From: Lama glama
Taxonomy: Eukaryota
NCBI GenBank assembly: GCA_028534125.1
Contig: CM052817.1
Coordinates: 19,284,001-19,348,000 of the forward strand
Length of the DNA: 64,000 bases
Reading direction: 5' to 3'
The translations under genes were made by a program, and so were the position numbers. Of this stretch, positions 22,876 to 36,400 are shown piece by piece. The notes below the pieces were generated by a model. It was not told where the DNA came from. It searched no databases and was given only the letters and a program-made list of their open reading frames with translations. Numbering within the stretch: the stretch's first letter is position 1; each line of letters opens with the position of its first letter.

Positions 22876-25559
22876 AAAAAAAAAGAAATCAATAATATTA
22901 TAGGATATAGTTTCTAAATATCTAGATTTATGATCAGAATAACTGAAAAATCTGTTTTATATCTCTCTTACATAATTGTAGCCTTTTAAAAATATACAAC
23001 TGTAAATTAAGCCATTCATTTTCATATATTTGTAAAAGGCAAGGTTATATCAATAACTGTATATCAGTTTACACATGTAACTTTAGATAAGCTATATTTT
23101 CTTCTCTCTGTAATGCTCTGTCTTGTTTTGTATTTCTGCTTATTTCACCCAAATACTGGTCTCCTGTGTTTCTCAGCCTCTGTTTTCATGCTGGAAACAG
23201 ATTTCCTACCTTGATGAATGAGCTCTGCCAGAGCTTATGTACTTTGATGCCCTGGCACCTCTTGGAGTAATAATGAGAACTGTTGCGTCCTAATAGGCAT
23301 TGCTGTTAACTCTGGTGAGAAAAGGGATTTTACAAGATGATTTATTGACTACACAAAATGATTCCAAAACTGATTTGCTGGCTGACAAGTAACAATAATA
23401 TTACCAGTTGATATTAAACTTACGTAAATAGAAAGTTAATATAAAAAAGCTGATTTAAAAGAATATTTCTGTGCTGACATATCTAAAATGAAAAGATCTA
23501 AGTCCTGTATCTTAATGGCTTGCAGGCTTGAAAACCAACTGCATGTAACATGAGTAGCCAAATGCCCGATGGCTGTGATAGCTCATAGATAACCTTGAGA
23601 GAATAATTATCTACAGACCTGGCCAATTCCTTGCCTTGATTTATCTCATCCCAGCATTCTCCAAAGTTTGTGTTCCTATGCCTGTGATAATGGCATTTTT
23701 AAAATCAGAATACAACATGAAATGCCACGTACCCATCTATTAAATGTCTTGAACTACAGCCCAGCCTTCAGAGATAAGATAAAGTCTGAATATATTAAGC
23801 ATACTCTAAAAAGGATATTATTTCTTTGGTCTCTAAAGGTGGGTGAAAAATAAGTTTAACTTCCCACGGCATGATGTGTGGGTGGGTGTGTCCTACTGAA
23901 TTCTGGCATTAGAGCTATGAGGTGATATACATATAACATGGATCATATATATGTCATATATATATATATATATGACATGGATCAAAATTCCAAGAGGAAA
24001 AACAATTTATCCTGAATTCACAGAGCTATTAAATTTGGAATTAAAATCTAGGTCAGTCTAACTTTATAACCAATGCCCTTTCCACTATATTAATACAGGT
24101 ATTAAAACCTTTGATTTAATGTTGTGATTATTATTGACTTATTATGGAAAGAAAGCACAGATGTTACGAAAAAGCAGGTGTGAAAAACTAAATTTTTTTG
24201 CCTTTGACTTCTGTGGGATTCATCTAAAAAGAACGAAAACTAAACAAAATCAAGCATCTCCTTTCTGCATCAGTAAAGAGTACAAAAGCTTTTAAAGCAT
24301 ATTCTGTGAAGCAAAGTTCTTTGAAGTTTTCCAAAAAGGAGGAGGTCTGGTGGTTTAGACACAGCATTTGACACTTCATGGCGCCCTCCTTGTACCTTTC
24401 ATCCAGAGATGTTGTTTGGCAAGAGCCCTGACTGACTCAAAATATGTTAACATGGAATCACTGGTCACATATATACTCTTCATTTTAGAGATGAGGTATT
24501 TGATGCCTAAAAGGAAGTGAACTATTTGAGCTTACCCAGACAGGTAGAGAGAGAGCGCTGGGACTCAGAGTTACGCTTCTGATTCCCTGAACAGAGCTCT
24601 TTGCACTTTACCAAGCTGCTTTTCTGATATTTGACTAGCTTTGGAAATTGAAGATTCTAAAGGCTGTGAATCCAAATGCCTGTACATTTGGCTTTTCCTT
24701 TGTACATTTCATAATAGCTCAGTGGCTGTGGAGAAGGTAATCTGCTTCTCAGTGTGCCTGTTCTTTTACTACCGGCGATAATCTACTGAATTCTGGGTTT
24801 CCCATAATATAAGCAACTCCCTTTGTGACTTTCAATTGCTGTAGGTCTGTAATGGTGCTTGGCACTTTAATAATTAGTCTACAGGGAGCTTTAATAGAGT
24901 AGGGCAACTGTTTTAATTAACTTAATCCCCAGAACATGAGTTGACCATTAGACATCAAATCACAGTTTAGCTCCAAGAGTATTTGAACTCTGAGGAAATC
25001 ACATTTGTAACTACAGTGGGGATAACATTATCTCCTGTTATAAAACAATGCACTGCAGCTGATTTGGCTTCACTGGCCTCTGACACTGTGGTAAATGGAA
25101 GTCATTATTTCTATTGGAATGAATGTATAATGGAAACAGCTTAAGAGTTTGGCTTTCGGTAATGTAGAAATGGTGTGTGCTGGCCTAATTCATGAGAAGC
25201 AAAAGACAAATAGAAAGGAAGGACGTTTTAAAACTTGCAGAGTGCATATTTTCAGCTGAGTAAAGAAATGCGTATTGCAAAGCGACTTAGAAAGTTAATT
25301 TGGCTCAAAAAGAACAATATTGCAATAACGTGTCTTTATACTCTGATAACTTACTTTATGTTATTTTTTTTAAACTGTAGGACTGACTATTTTAGTCTCT
25401 CGTTTATTCAGACACTTTTATTATACATACACTATGTACAGAGAAAATGCTAAGGTGCAGAGGCCAGGAGGGAAAGTATTTGCAAGTATAATAAAATAAA
25501 CTAGAGTTTACAAAATGTGTTTTCATCTACATAAAGGGATTATGTTCTACAACAAATTG

Positions 25560-25950
25560 AGAAGATTCGTTTCCCACTGGTTCATGTATTCCTTTCTACA
25601 TCCCATTTACAACTGGAACATCTATTATGCAAGGCATGGTCCTAGGCCCTGGGGGATGGAAAGGAATAAGACACATAAGGTAACCTCCAAGAACTTAGAG
25701 CAAAGTGGATAGGACAAGCGAGCAAAGGGGCAATTAAACGCTGTGTGATGAAGTTGGATAATAATGTTAATTACAGGGTGCTGCAGGAGGATATAGGAAG
25801 GACACATACTCACTCTTGAGATCCCAGAAATTTTTGTAGACAACATGCTACTTGGATTAAAAAGCTGAAGATCAAGAGGCTATAGTCAGATCTAGAGTTG
25901 GGTAAAGTTGTTCCAGGAAAGAAGAGTAACCGTGCAAGGACACAGATTCA
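25560..25950 (-). mobile_element. L2 3' fragment
   Basis: ttcatgtattcc...aacatctattatgcaaggcatggtcctaggccctgggggatgg...ttccaggaaagaagagtaaccgtgcaaggacacaga. Confidence 0.7.
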
Positions 25951-26256
25951 AGAGAGATTTTGCTTGGTTTTTTCATCTTAAAGAGATTCTCGCTGCTAGA
26001 ATAGGAAGTGTGTAATAACTCTAAAGACAACGTGTGTTTTTGTTTTGTTTCAAATATTCTACTGCTTCCCAGATTTGTTGAAAATGTACTGGCCATGTTC
26101 ATGCATGGTCCTAGGCAATTTCACGTGCATTGTATCTTTTTGTTCTCCAACCAAACCTCTGAATTAAGAAGATTCTACCTTAACCCTTTAAAGCATGCTT
26201 TCTATTGACATGTGTTACAGAATAACATCAAGAATATTCAAACAAAAACAGAGAGG

Positions 26257-26600
26257 GCCAATGTTCAAATATATATCACTATATAAGTGAAGTTTAAAAA
26301 ATAATGCAAAAGAATCTGAACACAAGCCAAAGACTCACAGGCAAAGGAAAAAACAATTATGGTTACCAAAGGGAAGAGAAGGCGGGAGGCATAAATTAAG
26401 AGCATGGGATCAGCAAGCTACCATACAGAAAAGAGATAAGAAATGAGGATTTACTATACAGCACAGGGAACTGCACCCAATATCTTATAATAACTTATAA
26501 TGGAATATAATCTGTGAAAAACAGAAAAAAAACTTGAATCACTATACTGTACACCTAAAACTAATACAATATTGTAAATCAACTATACTTCAATTTAAAA
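26257..26600 (+). mobile_element. 5'-truncated L1 3'UTR with probable TSD
   Basis: agactcacagg...ttatggttaccaaaggg...actatacagcacagggaact...ttgtaaatcaactatacttcaatttaaaaa; flanked by aaacaaaaacagagag / aaacaaaaaacagagag. Confidence 0.85.
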
Positions 26601-27619
26601 AACAAAAAACAGAGAGAGAGAAAGAAAAAGACAGAGCGAGAGAGAGAGATTCTCCTGCACGGAAGTGAATAATCAACATGCACCTTTCCTCCCTGACACT
26701 TTATAAAGGAGAGAATCAGTCTTTTCTATTTCAATACAATGCTTCTTTGCAAGTTGGTTTTCCAAAGTAAGATGCAGACTTTGAGTGTTTTAGGGTAACC
26801 CGTGCACTTTTATCAAATTGTCCTATTGGAATTTTGGCGGCCTCTCAGAATCCCTGAAGTCCTTTATAGAGTGCCTTGAAACGTAACTCCAAATCTCTCC
26901 ATGAATGCCCCTGAAGTATTCTTCAAAACATTCTTTAAAGTTACACTGTCATTTTAATGTTAAACTGTTGACATAACTACTAAAATAGTTAGAGCATTTT
27001 AAAAATTATGAACCAGTCGCTTAAAATTTGGAATTCTCTGTTTCTAAATACTCTTATCCAAGATATAGCCATGCTTCTATAGATTTCAGCTTCAGCCAGG
27101 ATCGCATGACGTATCTCCAGGTGCATCACAACAGAGGGGAAGGAGTAACCAAAACAGCCTTCTCCTCTGGCGTCAATGACCCTCTAGCCAGAAGCCCCAT
27201 ATCCCTTCTTGTCTCGGTCTGTTTTTAATCTGGGCAATGCAAAGTGCAGTAATGTCCATCATCACAAGTCATTGAATCCATTGACATAATCTCTGTGCTT
27301 CAAGGACTCACAGGGACCTTTGAACTTCATTCAATATGTGTTCTAAATTAGGATTAAAGGTAATTTTTTTAGTCTTTTTTTAGAAGACTAAAAAAAGCTG
27401 GACTCAACCAACCTTGTATTTCTACTCTACCTGAGCAAATTGGATAAAGAAAAATAAAGATAATTTTAATAATTTTTTTTCTGGCATCATTCCCAGGTAA
27501 AACATTAAAATTGGCAAAGCACCTTCTTTTTTTAGGAGACAATGCACAAAGTCCAAATGACTATGTATGAGCCCACCACTCTGGTGTCCTTTCATTCACA
27601 TCCTACTCTTCCTGTCCCC

Positions 27620-28440
27620 ACATTCATTTATTTTAGTCACTTAATAAGTATGTGTTGAGTGTCTGTTACATGTCCAGAGTGGTCCTAGGATATGGGGATA
27701 TAGCAGGTATAAAGTCAGACAATATCTCTGTTTTAGGGGAGACAGATAGTAACCAATAAATAATAGCTGATAAAAATATGTTAAGAGGTTCTAATGTGAT
27801 GGCAAGATTGATATGGGAAGAGAATTAAGGGGTCTAGGGCAGAGGTTAAACATGGTGAGAAAGTGACATAGACATAGATATGCTTTGAAGAAGGGAAGGG
27901 GTTCACAAACAAGGGGATCTGAGGGAACACTCAGTGCGAAGGCTCTGAGGCAGAGAGTGGATTCCAGGAGCCTTATCGTTCTAGCATGTAGTGATCACCG
28001 AGGAGAGAAATAGGAGGTGACATTAGGAGGAAATGAGGGAACAGATTGTTCGGATCTGTGTAAGGCGTTGTAAAGACTTGGGCTGTTACTTTGTGAGAAA
28101 AATGGTTGGCATCCAATGGCATGAAGCAGACAAATGTCTTACTCTTTAAAAGAGACATTTTGGCCTCTGTGTTGAGAAGGGTTAGGAGGAAAAAAAGGAT
28201 ATGAACTGAAGACCAATTATGAGACTATTGCCATAATCCAGAGAGTGATACAGTGGGATATAGAGAAGTGTTCTGAATCTTTATTAAAGTAGAGATGATG
28301 TGATTTCTTAACTGATTGATACAGTGCATGAGAGAAAGGCGTCAAAAACATCTCCAAAGATTTGACTGAACATCTGGAAGGATAGTATTGACACTGAGTT
28401 GACAAAGACTGTGGACATAGCAGATTAGGGAAATGTACAG
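27620..28440 (-). mobile_element. L2 LINE fragment
   Basis: cattcatttattttagtcacttaataagtatgtgttgagtgtctg...gtaggcgttgtaaagacttgggctgttact...gagactattgccataatccagaga. Confidence 0.8.
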
Positions 28441-30224
28441 GAGCATGCTCTGCATACCCTTTTCCCAGTTTACTGGAGCCTCTGTGCGATCACTCCTATA
28501 CCAACCTGTAACATCTGGACCCTGTTCCTTCAAAGGTCCCAATTAGGTAATCTGAAAAAATTAAAATTGAGAGCCCCACCAAAATAACAAGAAAATTTGT
28601 CTTGAAAAGTCCTGTTGCCTCAGGCTGAATCATACCTTCATATTGTCCACAGAAGCCACAGATCTCTATTTCAATGAGCTATGTGAAAAGTAAACATCCT
28701 AGACCAGCTATTGTGTGAGAGCAGTGATAAAATAAGCTGACCTGTTTTGGAAAATCAGAATCTCAAGATGACACCTAAACCATATTATGTGAGTAGCTTC
28801 CTACCTTGACCTTGAACGAAGCCAGCAGTGCCAACTTACCCATTACACACAGTAACCATAGCATCTGAGGACCCATGATAATTTTTTAAGCATGCACAAC
28901 AATGCTGTAATTTACTGTAAAATCAGAAAGATAAATTAACCTAACCAACCTGATTATATTCATCTTTATACCAAAGTAATCATAAAATACAATTTTATTA
29001 TTTATTTGAAGAAGGGGTTCACAAAGACAAAAAGCCTAGGACCTAGGACTCATAGCCATAATATGACACAGAGATCCAGGCTTTACTGCAACTATTTTCC
29101 ATACTGCAGTCACCTAGTATGATTAAGTTTATTTTCTTACACCAGAACACTCAGCTCTATATCATCAGAGATCTGAAACTCCACATACCAAACTACTTCT
29201 TCAGAGGGATATTTGTTTTAAAAAGATGGTATGCTTGGTTTGTGAATATTGTCTATTAACTCTTGATTGCAGTACACATGTGTGCTAGAGATGTACAGAG
29301 AAACTTAATAATATTTTTCTCTTTCATAAACCAATGTGGTTCTCTTTTTAAAAAATAAATTCTTCTTTGATAGTCTCTGTTGAGGTTTGAATTTTGGAAA
29401 TACAATTCGATAATCAAGGGAAATATTGTATAAAGGTACTGGACCAGGGCAATCTAAAACAGCAGGTAAATTTAATCCCATGTCTGATACTCCACAGGAT
29501 TGGCTAAGCTTTTGCTTACCTCAAGGACTCTGAAAAAGATTGATGGACAATAGCACAAATGAAAAACAAAATGAAACAGCAGTGCCAGATCTGTTTATTT
29601 TTGCAAAATGAGCCAAAAAAGATTTTTGATTGATTAAAAACAGCTGGCCACTCTTCAGTCACAGCTGTAATACTTAAGTGAAAGTGAATAATAAACCTAG
29701 GCAAAAAGTTAGGCTGTTCAACACTCTTCTGATTCATTGAGAACCCTCTTCTGCTTTTACATTTTTGTTTTTGTTCTGTTTGCTTGTTAGTGCATCGATG
29801 GCAACATCAAGAATTAAGGCGTAAATCCATTGGATGAACTTCCTAAAAATATTTGGAATGGACTGTCCAATGATAAAATGCCCTTGAATGCTCATTCTAG
29901 GTGCACAGGAAGGCCTGGAACAACATCCTGGACTGAAGCTCTGGGAGTTGGGGCAAGAAGATAAGAATATGCTGGGATTGCGGTGTAGCAGTGGAGTGTG
30001 GTTGAGATATTTATGAAAACTCAGGGTTCAGCACCAAGGACAGGGACAAGAAAGCGAGTCGTTGAAAGGTCCAAAGTTAGTGGGCAAGAGATTTGAACAG
30101 CTGTAAACACAAATTGCTGTCTCACCTGATAGAGTCAGTCCCTTAAGGTACGAAATGTCCCTTAAAGCCATGCATTTACCTACACTCTTCCTTTCTACTC
30201 TTTCCTCCTCTTTTCTTTTCCACT

Positions 30225-30470
30225 GTGAGAGGCAATATAGCCTGGTGGATAAGAAAGCTGACCCTGAACAGTTTTAAATTTAGGTTCTGATACTTACTGG
30301 CCTTGTACAGTTACCTAACCAGCATGGGTTTCCCACTAGAGCTTCCTTCAGTAAATAAGCACACCAAGAGGAAACACCTCACAGTTTTGTTCTGAAGTTT
30401 AAATTTGATCATTTAAAATCACCACTGAACTTGACACAGTACAAATGCTAAATGCATTTTAATTATTTTT
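30225..30470 (+). mobile_element. MIR SINE
   Basis: gaggcaatatagcctggtggataagaaagctgaccctgaa...tctgatacttactggccttgtacagttacctaacc. Confidence 0.65.
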
Positions 30471-32058
30471 ATTACTGTTATGCTCTTTGACAGGAAAAAA
30501 GACAGATTGACTTAAAAAAATTTACCACATACTTAAAAAAATTTAAAGTTTACTTTCACATGGGAATTAAGCTTTGATTCCTTACCTCTCTTAAATTTCC
30601 CATTTAACTCTTTTTTTGAGCCCACTAGCATTTATTAGGAATAACCTGTAAATTCTAATGACCTCAATCTTTTTACTTACTCTCCATAAAACAATACGTA
30701 ATTTTTGCCAATATTTACTTGGCCTCTCTTTCTGCCACCCACTTGAATAGATTTAAAATCCTTTCGCTTTAACAATAGGTAGTTTGAACAATTGTTTTCC
30801 CAAAAGCCATCATTATCATAAATATCCCCAAATAGCTGAATTGACATTTCTTGTCATTAAAGAAATAGTATTTGAAGATGAATACTAAATAGACTAATAA
30901 CCATATGACACAATCAATGTGGTTAAATTTAATAACCTATCTTCAAAAAAAATCACTCTGAAATTACTGTAGTACTTCTATGGTGTATCTACTCTTATAA
31001 TTTGATTTTCACACTTCTATTCATTGAAAACCTTAGAACTAAAATTTTTGACGAAAATAGGCTAAAATTCTCTGCTTCATTGCTTAATATCACATAAAAA
31101 GAAGATGAGCTGAGAAGAAAATACAATCTGTCTGAAGTATGAGTTGCAAAACAGAAAACCATGCAAGGCCTATATACTATTTCCTTTCCTTTGGCCAATA
31201 CTTGGCATTTTATTTCCATGTCTGTGACTGTGTTTGACTTTAACTGCTTTGTTCATCTCAGCATTCTTTCTTGCACATTCTACTCATTCTCTCTCTCTCG
31301 GTTCTTGGCACTAATGCACCCTTAGGAAATGTTTGGAATGCATGAATTATTGCAATTCATTTGAGCTTATTTTTGGAGTGCAAATTATGTTTAGGCCCTG
31401 TGCTAAGAGCTGCACATAAGACAAAAATGGATCAAATCTCTGCCCTCGGTGTGCTTATATTGTCATATTGGTACAGTCGTAGCATTTGTGATGCCAGGTG
31501 GCTTCCACCCAGAAGAGGAATTCACAGGCTTGAGAGTCTGTCATGAGGCTCTGGGATTCTGGGACCTGTGAGGATTTTCTCTGGAATGAGCGAAATAAAC
31601 CCTTGTTACACTGCTCCCCTTTTACATACGGAGTTTTCTTGGAGGAAAACACAAAGGCCAAAGAATTCAGTTTCTGTGTCTAAGGGGAAAAAGTTCAAAC
31701 TGCAAATCTTCTGCCAGATTGGTACAGAATGAGGAAGTGGCTGCTGAGATGTTGAGGTGAGTAATGTTAATGGTGCCAAGTTTTTGAAAAAATTACTGCA
31801 AACAAATTTTAAAATACAAATTTCCAGTTCACAGGTTGAAAACAAACACAGTCAAGGAGAGAGATAAGGAATGGAATTAAAATGACTCTGTGGGGTACTG
31901 TGAAAGATGTACTCTATTTGTGGCCCATGGAAATGTCTATGGATTACATGACGTTTTGGGAAATTGTTCTCTTCTTTGTATGGTTTCACAGGGTATTGGA
32001 GTATATACGTAAATGTGAGTGTGTGTGCTTTGCCCAATAATTCAAACTTATTAGAAGA

Positions 32059-32854
32059 TTTTTTTTCTTTATTGAAGTGTAGTTGGTTTACAATGTTGTG
32101 TTAATTTCTGGTGCACAGCATAGTGATTCAGTTCATATATATTCTTTTTCATATTCTTTCTCATAATAGGCTGTTACAAGGTATTGAATATAATTCCCTG
32201 TGCTACACAGTAGGACCTTGCTGTTTATATATTTTATATATAGTAGTTAGAATCTGCAAGTCCCAAACTCCCAGTTTATCCCTCTACCCTTTCATTTCCC
32301 CCCGGTAATCATAATTTTGTTTTCTACTTCTGTGAGTCTGTTTCTGTCTTGTAAATAAGTTCATTTGTCTCATTTTTTAGATTCCACATATAAATGATAG
32401 CATATGGTATTTTTCACTCTCTTTCTGGCTCACTTCACTTAGTATGACAACTTCCAGGTCCACCCATGTTGCTGCAAATGGCATTATTTTATTCTGTTTT
32501 ATGACTGAGTAGTATTCCATTGTATATAAATACCACATCTTCTTTATCACCTACGGTCAATTAATCTTCAACAAAACAGGTAAGAATATGCAATGGAGAA
32601 AAGACAGCTTCTTCAGCAAGTGGTGCTGGGAAAGCTGGACAGCTGTATGCAAATCCATGAAGTGAGAACACTCCCTCACACCATACACAAAAATAAACTC
32701 AAAACAGCTTAAAGAATTTAACATAAGTCAAGACCCTATAAACCTCCTAGAAGGAAACACAGGCAAAACATTCTCTGATATAACTCTTAGCAATTTCTCC
32801 TAGGACAGCCTACCCAGACAATAGATATAAAAGCAAAAATAAATAAATGGGACC
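32059..32854 (-). mobile_element. 5'-inverted (twin-primed) L1 insertion
   Basis: Poly(T) plus antisense 3'UTR/ORF2 end at 32059-32548, joined to a sense-orientation ORF2 piece cacctacggtcaattaatcttc...aaataaatgggacc at 32549-32854. Confidence 0.85.
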
Positions 32855-32929
32855 AGAAGAAAATTTTTTAAAAGGTGACTACCTTCACCTCACACTGACT
32901 GCAACCCCTCTAATGGGATTGGACCCTGA

Positions 32930-33435
32930 ATTAATGTTCTGCAGAGAAACAGAACAAATAGGATATGCATATATGGTACATCTATATCTATCTCTCTGAA
33001 AGAGAGGCAGAGAGAGACAGAGAGATAAAAGAGAGGGAAAAGAAAGAGAGAAATTTATTATAAGGAACTGGCTCATTTGATTATGGAGGCTAAGAGGTCC
33101 CTAAATCTGCTCTAAGTCCAAAGGCTGAGAAGCAGCAGAAGCCAGTGGTTTAAGTCCCAGTCCAAGTCCAAAGGTAATACAAGGCCAACGTCCCAGCTAA
33201 GACAGTCAGACAGAGAAAGTGATTTCTCTCTTACTGTGCCTTTTTGTTTTAGTTGAGCCTTCAGTGGATCAGATGAGGCCTGTCCACACTGGGGAGGAAA
33301 GTCTGCTTTACTCAGTCCACAGATTCAAACGTTAACCTCATCTAAAGACACCTTCACAGACCGAGAACAGTGTTTGGTCAAATATCTGGGCTCTCGGTGA
33401 CCCACTTAAGTTAACACGTAAAATTAACCATCACA
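32930..33435 (-). mobile_element. MLT2 (ERVL) solo LTR
   Basis: cagagaaacagaacaaatagga...atttattataaggaactggctca...attatggaggct...taaaattaaccatcaca; the reverse complement begins TGTGATGGTTAATTTT. Confidence 0.85.
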
Positions 33436-36400
33436 GACCCACTCCTGGACTATTCTGGTAAAGCCCTATGGGATTCTTAAGAATCATCTCTCAGAGACCA
33501 GCCAGTGTCCTCTGCAGATTATTATGTGCCATTGGGTGAAGGGAGTGGTGGGAATTCTAGAGGGATATCATGTTCTGTGGGTACAGACTGAGGTGTTCCA
33601 AAGAGGGGAAAAGTTTGCAAAATTAAAAAATTAAAGGAGTTCTCTCTCTGCTGCCCACACACATTCATCATGTGTTAGTGGCATAGCAGAAAATTTTCAG
33701 AATGAGACATAAGAATGGAAAAGTCTGTGAGTCACCTCTCTGCTAAGGCCAGTAACTGCAGCCACATCTTATCAAAGAAAGATAGACATCCCTGGAGGGG
33801 TTCTGGAACTGGCTGCAGGAAGTGAAACAGAGGTGAAAGATAGATTTGAGTCAGGAAGCTGGTAGTTCTATGAACCATCCCTGCAGCAGATAAAATACAA
33901 ATCTTTCTCCTCTAACAATTAGAATAAGAACATAACTCAAAATAGGTTAGTATGGGGAGGTTAGTGTTAGAAGAGAAAGAGATTTTAACTCATTTGAAAA
34001 ATTCATTGGTTTGCTCTGAAAGATAAGTAGGACTTGGCTCATTACCAAAACTTCTCTGACATCCAGCAGAGGCACAGCTCATGTTTATCTAGACGAAAGC
34101 TGAATCTATGTCTGTAGGTTTATGGCTACCTGGCAGTGAGGGTCCTTTCAAAGTAGATTCAAGAATAACAGACTATGTCTTGCTTCTTTTAACATGCATG
34201 GATTCTTGTTGTGTCTTCTGTTCTCCTCTGTGGCCCCACTCCCCAGCACAGCGTCTGGGCCATTGGATGCACCGGATACGTCTCTCTTGAAGAAATGTAC
34301 AAAGATTCTGGGCTGGAGTCTATGAAGTTTTACATCCATTCAAGGAAATTGCTCTTTTAAAAAAATTATAATATCAGAATCTTGGCAAAGGAAAAAATGA
34401 AACTGTTGGGTCAGGAATTGTTTATCTAATCTATCTTTCATGAATATCTGGATATTTTAAAGGAAAGTAGATCTGAAGGAAGAAGTAAGGAGTATTTTCT
34501 ACTCAGCACAAGGCATGCTTCATCAAAATATACTTGGTTTTCAGCCAGCCTTTCAGGACTTTCATTTATCTTTACTTAAATTCAAATGTGTGACTGAAGC
34601 TAAAGGTCACTTTATTTACCAAAACCAAAATATCAACAAATAAGCATTCTCTCTCCTGCTTTCCTCAAATCAGCATGCACGGAACAGAACACAATGCTCT
34701 AAGACCTTCTCCACAGAGATATTAAATGAAAGCATTAATCCAGACAAAATATGTTAATTCCTGGTCTACTTAGCCCACAGGAACAGAAAGGATAATGTGT
34801 CAGGAATCAAAACCTTGTGTTCTAAATAATCCCTTCATAAGTCTTACTGAGCAGGAATCCCTGGGAATAATTGCAGTTATTCTAGAAGATCTGGCCCGAG
34901 AAGTAGGACATATGGGTTCTGAGGGCATCAGCACTACCATGTACTTGTATAACTGTAGACAAACTCTTTTGACCCTCTGGCCTCCACATTTAACCACCTG
35001 AAAATATGTGATAAATCGTACCTTCAGAATGATTGCTGGAAGATGGCACAGGACGCTGGAAATGATGGGAACTGGATACCCTGCAAACACTAAAAAATAT
35101 TACATGCAATTGAATTTTAACAATAATGATAGTGAAGATGAAAACTGTGAGTATGGACTCTTTTGATGAAGCTTCTGTGTCCTTGATGACATGCACACAT
35201 TGTGATAAATGCTGTGCAAGAGAATAGTAATAAACTGTTACAATTGTTATAAAGAGAATCTATGTTTGAACTTGAGAAACCAATGGGAAGTTATCTTAGA
35301 ATGTGAGCAGTGTTGTGATATGAAGCCCAAGGGGCTTAGGAACCACCTGGGAGATGCACTGAATCCAGGGGTCCTGGAAGAAAACTGTCAGCAGACCGGA
35401 CTGACTGTTGTAGTGATGGCTGTCTGTGCTGTTAGAAGCTGACACGCAATTCTTAGAGAAAGACTAATAAGTAAGAGTTCAAGCTCAAGTAACTTCCATT
35501 TCTCTGGCTTTTATGGGAACTAATAACTAAATTTTTTCTATATGGTGACATAGCACTCTTAAAAATTTTACATTCAGAAAAACTGTGCATAAAAAATGGG
35601 GCTCTTGGGGAAAATAAGACTGGTGCAGATCACTCCGAAACTATTGTAAACAGAATGCTAATAAAACACAACTATAATCCAAGTTTAAAAAGCAGCTTTA
35701 AGAAGACATGTTAAATCCTGCAGAAATAAAACACTGCTCTGGAAAATACAGAGGACTTTACCTTAAAAAGAAAAGAGATAAGCAACTTAAGAAAATTTGT
35801 TTTAAAAAAATTGCTGGGCTGACTGTGTCATGAGGACAAGATTAAAATGTATGCAAATTAGGAAAACGTCTCCCAGAACAGAACAGGTGGTCAATCTGAG
35901 CCATGGGAGGAGAGTGGACGTGACTGATGTACAAGGCCATTTCCTCAACTGCTTGCTGTGCTCAGCTAATACTACACAAAAATTAACTAGCTAGGAAGGC
36001 TTGATTTTGAACTAATATACCTTCTCCTTTACGCTAACATCAGCCCCTTGTTTATCCAGTGCCTATGTGTTTACTTACCTCATAAAAACTCACATTGTTG
36101 CAAAAGAGATTGTTGAGGTATTTATTAAAGTGTGATGATAGATTCTGAGGAATTCTGCTCTGGGGCACATTATCTTGCTTGCCCTGGTTCCTGGCACACT
36201 GGATGAGCTGCATAAATATTTGTCAACCAAGTGCCCCATGAATTCCTATAAAACCCAGTATTCCTCAGCGATATTGTGCAGGAGAAGCTGGTCTCACTAC
36301 ATACACCTTTCCCAAGCCCCGCTGTGATTGATACATCAATCATTTGTGATCATTATTATTCCTTTATAGAAAAGTGTATAATGTATTTAACTTTAAGGAT

